Source of the DNA: Candidatus Latescibacterota bacterium | GTDB lineage: Bacteria; Latescibacterota; UBA2968; GCA-2709665 | Assembly: GCA_965116875.1 (NCBI GenBank) | Contig: OZ220733.1 | Location: 5,152,001 to 5,216,000 of the forward strand | Direction: 5' to 3' | DNA length: 64,000 nt | In this document: in pieces, positions 57,628-64,000 of the stretch | Layout of the letters: each line of letters starts with the position of its first letter | Numbering within the stretch: the stretch's first letter is position 1 | Position numbers and translations under genes: made by a program | The notes under the pieces: model-generated | Database searches by the model: none | Told to the model about the DNA's origin: nothing | Seen by the model: only the letters and a program-made list of their open reading frames with translations

Positions 57628-58830
57628 CTAAGGCGCGGCCACCGGCTGACCGGGTCGATCGTGTTTCGCGATTCCGTTCTCCAAACACCGGGAATCCATC
57701 CCCGCATCCATCAACATGCGCGCCTTGGTCATGCATTCCTCGTACTCGATCCCGGCGCTGGAATCGTGAGTCACCCCGCTGCCCACGCCGAATTCCGCCA
57801 GCGCCTTCTCCCGGTCCACAGCAACCGTGCGGATGGCAACGTTGAACTGGGCCTCGGGGCCGGGAGACACGTACCCGATGCTGCCGGCATAGACCCCGCG
57901 CGGGAAATCCTCCAACTCAGAGATGATCTCCATGGTCCGCACCTTCGGCGCGCCGGTAACGGAGCCGCACGGAAAGGCCGCTCTGAGGACGTCTGAAACT
58001 CCGACTCCCTTACGGAGACGGGACCGGACGGTGGAGGTCATCTGCAGCACCGTCTCATACCGCTCCACCTCCCACAGCTTTGGTGTCTGCACGCTGCCGG
58101 TTGCGGAAATCCGTCCCAGATCATTGCGAATCATATCCACGATCATCACGTTCTCCGCCCGATCTTTAGGGGACGTTTTCAAGTCGTCGAACAAAGACCG
58201 GTCCTCCTCCGGGCATCTGCCGCGACGCCGTGTCCCCTTCATCGGGCGTGCCGTGAGTTCACCCGACTTCAAACGGAAAAACAGCTCGGGGGACGCCGAC
58301 AGAACCTGAAAACGTCCGGTGTCCACGTATGCGGAATACGCCGTGCGTTGCAAGCGGCACAGGTCCGAATAGAAGGCTTCGGCGTCTCCTTCGAAATCCG
58401 CCCGCATCCGATACGTGAAATTGACCTGATACGTATCGCCCGCCGCGATATAGCCGCGGATACTGTCCACCACGTCTTCGTACTCCGCTTTGCCGATGGA
58501 AGGACGCCATCCGGAAACCGAATACGCGCGACCCGGGCGGGAACGGTCCTGCTTTGCGGGAATCCGCCTTTCAAACAGCCCGAACCAGACGAGCGGTATT
58601 TCACCGGACTGCCGCGTCTTCAGCGCGGGATCCAGTCCGGCCGCCGCTTCGTACGCAATGTATCCCGCGGCATGCAGTCCGCGGGATACGGCACGGTCCA
58701 CTTCCTTCAGCGCCGCATACACTGTCGCCGGATTGTGGGCGACGACCTGATCGACGCATCCGGAAAAGGCGTAGGATACGCCATGATGATCGGTACGTTT
58801 ACATTCAAGCAGGACCGCGGGTTCATTCAT
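57628..58830 (-). CDS. pabB: Aminodeoxychorismate synthase component I
   Basis: GDTYQVNFT, SASPELF, PMKGT, KDRAENVMIVD, PCGSVTGAPK, FNVAIRT. Confidence 0.92.
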   Translation of the reverse strand: MNEPAVLLECKRTDHHGVSYAFSGCVDQVVAHNPATVYAALKEVDRAVSRGLHAAGYIAYEAAAGLDPALKTRQSGEIPLVWFGLFERRIPAKQDRSRPGRAYSVSGWRPSIGKAEYEDVVDSIRGYIAAGDTYQVNFTYRMRADFEGDAEAFYSDLCRLQRTAYSAYVDTGRFQVLSASPELFFRLKSGELTARPMKGTRRRGRCPEEDRSLFDDLKTSPKDRAENVMIVDMIRNDLGRISATGSVQTPKLWEVERYETVLQMTSTVRSRLRKGVGVSDVLRAAFPCGSVTGAPKVRTMEIISELEDFPRGVYAGSIGYVSPGPEAQFNVAIRTVAVDREKALAEFGVGSGVTHDSSAGIEYEECMTKARMLMDAGMDSRCLENGIAKHDRPGQPVAAP

Positions 58831-58864
58831 TTGCAGCCTGGCGCGTTTGATACCGTGTTGACCG

Positions 58865-59674
58865 TCAATTCTTCACCCAGTTTCCGTACACGTCCACCTC
58901 CACCCCCTCCACCCTGGGCCGGACGCCCTTGACAATAAAGCCGGGCCTCCCCATGCCCTGCCCGCCTTCCTGCCGGTTTCGGGGATCTCTGAATCCGAGC
59001 CTCACCAGCCGCCGCCAGTTTCCGCTGTGGTTGACCGCTGATCCATGAATGGTCCACAGGTAGAACAGGACGACGTCACCGGCCCTGGCCGGGACCGAAA
59101 CGGCATCCTGAAGCCGGTACCGGTCCGTGGGCAGGTGGGGCGCTGTGCCGGCGCCCGTAATATGCTCAAGCTTGCCGAGCCGGTGCGATCCCTTGAGGAA
59201 CTTGATGCATCCGCTGGTTTCGTCGGCGTCGTCCAGATGCACCAGGCAATCCGCGTACCGTCCGTCTTCGTGCGGAAAGAACGGCAGATCCTGATGCATG
59301 GGAAACGGCGCCCCCTTGTCCGGCGGCTTCGCGTGCAGCGTGACATGGTGTAATTCAACCGCCTCGGATCCCAGGAGATCGCCTACGGCGGCGCCCAATT
59401 CCCGTTTCGTGATTGCGCGAGACCAGGCCGCGGAATAATGCTGCAACTCATGGATGGCCACCAGCGTTGCCGCCGCGTCCTCCTCTTCGTCCATATATTC
59501 CTTCCGCCAGGGACCCTTCCAGGCCGAGTCCCAGTTCGCGAACTCCGTCATGATGTAATCCAGTTCGTCGCCCATCTCCCGGACTTCCCCTGAAGAGAAC
59601 ATGCCCTCTAGACGGATGTATCCGTTTTCACGAAAAAAGGCGACCTGCTCGTCACTCAACGTCTCCATATCCAT
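58865..59674 (-). CDS. Phytanoyl-CoA dioxygenase (PhyH) family protein
   Basis: FFRENGY, KPP...FPMHQD, GSH, AGDVVLF..WTIHGS..N.S...R. Confidence 0.88.
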   Translation of the reverse strand: MDMETLSDEQVAFFRENGYIRLEGMFSSGEVREMGDELDYIMTEFANWDSAWKGPWRKEYMDEEEDAAATLVAIHELQHYSAAWSRAITKRELGAAVGDLLGSEAVELHHVTLHAKPPDKGAPFPMHQDLPFFPHEDGRYADCLVHLDDADETSGCIKFLKGSHRLGKLEHITGAGTAPHLPTDRYRLQDAVSVPARAGDVVLFYLWTIHGSAVNHSGNWRRLVRLGFRDPRNRQEGGQGMGRPGFIVKGVRPRVEGVEVDVYGNWVKN

Positions 59675-59704
59675 AAACCTCCCAATGATAACCGCGCGCC
59701 GCGT

Positions 59705-60085
59705 CTATCTGCCGCCGATCACGATGAGGAACGCGCTGTCTTCCATGGCCGTCACCGCGTGGCGGAGGTTCGCCGTAAACGAAACGGCCGAACCGGGTTC
59801 CAGCGGCATCTCCTCGGCGCCGGCCGATATTCGGATTCGACCACTCAGAAGAACAACCGTGGCCGGACCCGGGGCCCGGTGTTCGTGCAGTGCCGCGCCC
59901 GCCTTCATTACGGTCAGGACCACGGTCATCTCATCCCCGCGAACCAGCGAAAGCGCGTTCCGGCCCGATTCATCAAAGGGGCCCTCCGCCATCAGCTGTT
60001 CGGCCATGGCGTGTAACGGAAAGGACTCGATCCACGACTTGCTGAAGTTCAGGGGTTTATAGGGTCGCTCGAAAGCCTTATCCAT
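59705..60085 (-). CDS. Cupin domain protein
   Basis: LHEHRAPG..TV.LLSG...HAV.A.EDS.FL. Confidence 0.8.
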   Translation of the reverse strand: MDKAFERPYKPLNFSKSWIESFPLHAMAEQLMAEGPFDESGRNALSLVRGDEMTVVLTVMKAGAALHEHRAPGPATVVLLSGRIRISAGAEEMPLEPGSAVSFTANLRHAVTAMEDSAFLIVIGGR

Positions 60086-60161
60086 TGCGTGAGCTCCTCT
60101 TCGAGGCCGCAAGTATGAAAACCGGGTTTTCGTGTGTCCGCATCCCGGTATGAATAGCGGA

Positions 60162-61661
60162 CTATGGCGCCGTTGTCGTGTTTTCGTTAAACCAGCCTTT
60201 CAGGCTCGGATACAGGCCGCGGTACCGCTGAAACTGCTTCTCGTAATCGGTCGCTCGCTCTTCACTGCGCCGGACGGCTTCGCCCAGGCCCACCGAGCGT
60301 TCGCAGGCCGTTTCGAAGTCGGGAAACATGCCGACGCCCACGCCGGCGATCACCGCGGCGCCCAGCGCCGATGCATCCTGTACCTCCAGCACCCGCGCGT
60401 CGCGTCCGAACACGTCGACCTGGATCTGACGCCAGAGCGCGGACCTCGCGCCGCCCTCGCCGATTCGCAGGTCCTCGATTGGCAGCCCGATGTCCTTGAA
60501 ACACTCCAGCGAGCGCCTCAGATCGAACGCCACGCCCTCCATCAGCGAGCGCACCATGTGCGCTTTCGTATGGCGCAACGTCAGCCCGATCCATCCGCCC
60601 CGGGCGCGCGCATCCGGGTGCGGCGTTGCGGCCCCCTCCAGCCAGGGAAGAAAGAAGAGTCCCTCGCTGCCCGGGGGCGCATCCTCCGCCTCGCGCGTCA
60701 GGGATGCGACGTCTTCTCCCAGCTGGCCGCTCAACCATGCCAGGCTCGCGCCGCACGTATACGAACACCCCAGCCAGAAGAAGGCGCCCGGTACCGAATG
60801 GCACATCGGCCAGAGTCTGTTGTAAGCCGCGGGATCCAGTTTCCCGGCGAAGGCGAGCGCGTGCCCCGCCGTGCCGATGCCCACGTTTACGACGCCGGGC
60901 GCGATAACCCCGCTGCCCACCGCAAGACATGAAACGTCGCCGCCGCCGGCGCAGACGGGGATGTCTGCCGCCAGACCCATCTCACGGGATGCCGAGCCGG
61001 TCAGCGCTCCGATCACCTCGGGGGATTCCGATATGTCGGGAAACAGACCGCGGCGCACCTCCAGGGCCTCAAGAATCTCGCCGCTCCAATCCCTAGCCCG
61101 AACATCCGCGGCCGCGGATACCGACGCGTCCGATACGTCCGTCCCGAACGTTCCCGTCATCCGGAACCGCACCCAGTCCTTCGGAATCAATACGTACCGC
61201 GCGTCCCGATAGACGTCGGTTTCATGGGTCCGCGCCCACAACACTTTGGCCAGCGTGTTGATGGGATTCAGAACGTGCATGGCACGGGTCCGCAGCAGGT
61301 CTCCCGCACGCGCGTTCGCCGCGTCGCATTCGGCCTGCGAGCGCCGGTCGAGCCAGAGAATCGGCGGCCGGAGCGGGTTGCCGGCGCCGTCCACGAATAC
61401 GGCCCCGTTCATGTGCCCGGACAGCGACACGCCACGGATGTCATCCACGGACCGCCCCTGCACCCGCAGTTCGGCCGCGACCGCACGTGTTGTCTTGCAG
61501 ATCGCCGCCCACCAGTCGTCCGCGTCCTGCTCAACCCACCCCGGCCTGGGCGTTTGCATGGCATAACTCGCACTGGCGGTTGCCAATACGTCGCCGCTTT
61601 CATCCAGTGCGATCGCCTTTGTGCTGGACGTCCCCAGATCGATTCCAAGTACCAGTGACAT
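60162..61661 (-). CDS. xylB: Xylulokinase-like FGGY carbohydrate kinase
   Basis: LGIDLGTSSTK, SGHMNG, PKDWVRF, TDVSDAS, GGGD, EGVAF, GGARSALW. Confidence 0.8.
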   Translation of the reverse strand: MSLVLGIDLGTSSTKAIALDESGDVLATASASYAMQTPRPGWVEQDADDWWAAICKTTRAVAAELRVQGRSVDDIRGVSLSGHMNGAVFVDGAGNPLRPPILWLDRRSQAECDAANARAGDLLRTRAMHVLNPINTLAKVLWARTHETDVYRDARYVLIPKDWVRFRMTGTFGTDVSDASVSAAADVRARDWSGEILEALEVRRGLFPDISESPEVIGALTGSASREMGLAADIPVCAGGGDVSCLAVGSGVIAPGVVNVGIGTAGHALAFAGKLDPAAYNRLWPMCHSVPGAFFWLGCSYTCGASLAWLSGQLGEDVASLTREAEDAPPGSEGLFFLPWLEGAATPHPDARARGGWIGLTLRHTKAHMVRSLMEGVAFDLRRSLECFKDIGLPIEDLRIGEGGARSALWRQIQVDVFGRDARVLEVQDASALGAAVIAGVGVGMFPDFETACERSVGLGEAVRRSEERATDYEKQFQRYRGLYPSLKGWFNENTTTAP

Positions 61662-61688
61662 AGGCCGGATCGCTCATGAATGGCGATG

Positions 61689-62612
61689 CTATTCCCCGGT
61701 GAGAAAACGTCGCGGGTTGTTCTCCAGCAGGTCCCGGACCGCGTTATCGGATACCCCTTCTTCACGCAGCCTGGGAACGAACCGGGTCAGCACGTAGTCC
61801 AGTCCGGGACCGCCTCCGTAGCTTCGCCAGTAACTGGGCCGGCCCAGATCGTTGCCGAGCAGAATCCGGTCGCCCAGCCCGGTGTCGATCATCCGCTTCA
61901 ACACGGCGATACGCATCTCGTCGGGTCCGTACTTCACTTTGCCCGGGCAGTCGTAACCCAGATAGGCGCCTGTTTCCGCAATTCGCCGGTGCTCCCAGAA
62001 ATCCGGATTCCTGTCCATGTGGCTGAGACATACGCGGTCCGGCGGTACACCCTGGCCGGCGAGGAACGAAACCTGGTCGTAGCCCATCGTGCCGGCTTCC
62101 GTATGCGTAATCACGGGCACGCCTGTTTCCGCGTGCGCCTTTGCCGCGATGCGCAGGAGCTTCCGGTCGGCCTCCTGAAACGTATTGTATCCGCTGCCTC
62201 CCTTGACGATACCGGCCTTCACGCCGGTGCCGTCGATGCCCGTCTCGATATCCCGGATACAATTCCGGATCATCGTGTCTTCGTCCTGATCCAGGATCGC
62301 GCGGTCACAGAAGTACGGCTTGTTATATCCCGTAATGACAACCACGTGCACGTCGGGCGCCAGGTCCGCAATCCTGACCACCTGCCTGACGTTCCGGCCG
62401 AAGTCGATCGCCGACATCTCGACCAATGTCCCGCCACCCGCTCGTGACCAGGAACGAAGCTCCTCGGCGGAGCGCTCCACGCTGTTCAGCCGAAAATCCC
62501 CGTCTTCTCTGAGCAGCCAGTCCGGGGCGTCGAAATAGAGGTGTTCGTGGTAGTCCACGATGCCAAGGTTGTCTCCGTCGATCTCGCCCCGAACCGTCAT
62601 CACCGTTCCCAT
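61689..62612 (-). CDS. Phosphotriesterase-homology (PTE/php) metallohydrolase
   Basis: TVRG, HEHL, AGIVK, ETGVPVITHT, SHMDR, LLGND, NPRRFL. Confidence 0.88.
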   Translation of the reverse strand: MGTVMTVRGEIDGDNLGIVDYHEHLYFDAPDWLLREDGDFRLNSVERSAEELRSWSRAGGGTLVEMSAIDFGRNVRQVVRIADLAPDVHVVVITGYNKPYFCDRAILDQDEDTMIRNCIRDIETGIDGTGVKAGIVKGGSGYNTFQEADRKLLRIAAKAHAETGVPVITHTEAGTMGYDQVSFLAGQGVPPDRVCLSHMDRNPDFWEHRRIAETGAYLGYDCPGKVKYGPDEMRIAVLKRMIDTGLGDRILLGNDLGRPSYWRSYGGGPGLDYVLTRFVPRLREEGVSDNAVRDLLENNPRRFLTGE

Positions 62613-62621
62613 CCCGCCCTC

Positions 62622-63371
62622 CTACCCGGCATCCGGTACGGACAGGAAATCCGTCCATACCCGCGCCATCCGTGCCACGCAATCATGAAACCAGCGCCTG
62701 CCCTTTTCCGCGGAAGCGACCGTGGCATCCCCGAACACGCCCGACCGGGACAGACTGCCCAGGGGCAGCGTGGACATTTCGTACTCCACGGACCGCCGCG
62801 GATATTCCCGCACGGCCAGGTCCATCCTGACCCGTTCCGGCTTAAGGTAGAGCATCAGGGAGGTCTCGAATTCCTCGGCGTGAAAATTCATCGGCGCCCA
62901 TTGCGGCGATTCTGCATCGGCCATCACTTCATCCAGGCCAGGATAGAACACATTCAGGACCTTCAGGTCCAGTTCGTCGACAAGCTCCCTGGCGGTCATC
63001 TTCAGCGGACCCGGGTTCGCGCCGTGCCCCGAAAGCGTCATCAGCGCGCGACAGCCGCCTCGTTGCGCGCTGCGGGCCAGGTCTTTCACGACCTCGCGAA
63101 ACGTGTCGAACGAGAACGTGAGCGTGCCGGGATAGTCGCGCCAGCTCCAGGAGTACCCCACCGGGACCGCCGGCAGCACCAGGCCGGAACTCGCTTTCGC
63201 AACCTCGACGGCCAGTGCCTCCGCGAGTACCGTATCCGTGTTCTGCGGCAGATGGTGGCCGTGCTGTTCGGTTGCGCCCAGCGGCAGGATTGCAGCCGGG
63301 GTGTCCGCCAGGAAATCCCTGCACTCATTCCAGGTTGCCGTTGCCGCCTCCAGCCAGTTGGACTTGCTCAA
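62622..63371 (-). CDS. Creatininase family amidohydrolase
   Basis: LPLGATEQHGHHLP..TD, SGHGAN, HAEEFETS, SGVFGD..ASAEKG; TTG start after GGAGG. Confidence 0.88.
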   Translation of the reverse strand: MSKSNWLEAATATWNECRDFLADTPAAILPLGATEQHGHHLPQNTDTVLAEALAVEVAKASSGLVLPAVPVGYSWSWRDYPGTLTFSFDTFREVVKDLARSAQRGGCRALMTLSGHGANPGPLKMTARELVDELDLKVLNVFYPGLDEVMADAESPQWAPMNFHAEEFETSLMLYLKPERVRMDLAVREYPRRSVEYEMSTLPLGSLSRSGVFGDATVASAEKGRRWFHDCVARMARVWTDFLSVPDAG

Positions 63372-63411
63372 ACTGTATCCCTCCACGATATACACAACGT
63401 ACGGGTCCCGA

Positions 63412-63595
63412 CCTACCCCCTGGCCCCCTTCCTGAAGGAAGGGGGAGCCCGGCTCCTCGATTTCTTGTCTTCGAGAAAAAGGGGAGAGGTCTGGGCGGCT
63501 GGATGGAGTTGGCTTTTGACTTTGCCTTTCGCTCTTGGCTGACGGCTGAGAGCTGACAGCTGAAAGCTTTGTGAGGGGCCGGGGGGAGAGGTCCG
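63412..63595. repeat. Composite REP-like intergenic repeat
   Basis: CCCCCTTCCTGAAGGAAGGGGG palindrome, GCTGACGGCTGAGAGCTGACAGCTGAAAGCT heptamers, and GGGGCCGGGGGGAGAGGTCC shared with the MITE A copies. Confidence 0.65.
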
Positions 63596-63597
63596 TC

Positions 63598-64000
63598 TCA
63601 CGCTTTATACAGGCTCTCCGTTGGAACATCCGTAATCAGCGCGTGGCCGGGCGTATAGGAAAGCGCGAACGGTAGCCGGGCCTGCTGCGCCGCGAGGCTG
63701 GGCGTCACGCCGCAGGCCCAGTAGAGGCGGTCGGTGCCCTCCGGGACCTTGATCGGATTGCCCGAAATCGTCACGTCGAGGTCCGGAATTCCCAGATCCC
63801 GGCCGTTGTTCCTGCCAAGTGGCGCCCCATGGCACGCCGGGAAGTGGCTTGTGTATTCCCAAACGGGGTCGCAGCGGTCCGGGAGAAAGCTCCGCATGGT
63901 CACCGCCATTCTGGTCGCGAACCTTCCTGCCGGTTCGCAGTCCAGTCCGGTCAGCTGGATACACGGTCCGAATGCGGGTTCGTACCCCTTTTCGACCAGG
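63598..64000 (-). CDS. DUF1445 / D-glutamate cyclase-like protein (5' end off window)
   Basis: MAVTMRS, HGAP.G, YWACGVTP, PGHALITD. Confidence 0.8.
   Translation of the reverse strand, partial: LVEKGYEPAFGPCIQLTGLDCEPAGRFATRMAVTMRSFLPDRCDPVWEYTSHFPACHGAPLGRNNGRDLGIPDLDVTISGNPIKVPEGTDRLYWACGVTPSLAAQQARLPFALSYTPGHALITDVPTESLYKA

Noticed and set aside
63372-63629. Long N-terminal extension of the creatininase ORF
   Set aside because: It translates through a repeat cluster; a GGAGG RBS supports the TTG start at 63371.

Overview
This is a GC-rich bacterial chromosomal window. A DUF4837 lipoprotein, a ComEA-like outer-membrane protein, an FCB-style sigma-70, a DUF6785-type protein and two PhyH dioxygenases suggest an FCB-superphylum organism, possibly Latescibacterota- or Gemmatimonadota-like; this taxonomy is inference. 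The backbone carries aroQ, manC, accD, a LysR regulator, a Cus-type metal efflux and ferritin cluster, tRNA-Leu, tRNA-Cys, pdxA, pabB and several catabolic genes. An AT-richer, all-minus-strand defence island lies at about 29.3-43.8 kb. Its order is PLD-SNF2 helicase, a chimeric R-M N-terminal domain/sigma-70 gene, a ~0.9 kb non-coding spacer, an Eco57I/Type IIG-like N6-adenine MTase, GNAT-PIN-EVE/ASCH-like, ASCH, an ABC/AAA ATPase, a PD-(D/E)xK-like partner and a decayed AbrB antitoxin. The standout is the chimera: a copy of the MTase's first ~240 aa (about 50% identical by hand count) is fused in frame to a complete sigma-70 and starts 2 nt after the helicase stop. A second theme is non-coding. 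A five-copy MITE scaffold has swappable internal modules, including a 127-bp core found in both orientations, and there are dense nested REP/REPIN clusters. All calls come from reading motifs by eye; no database searches were run.
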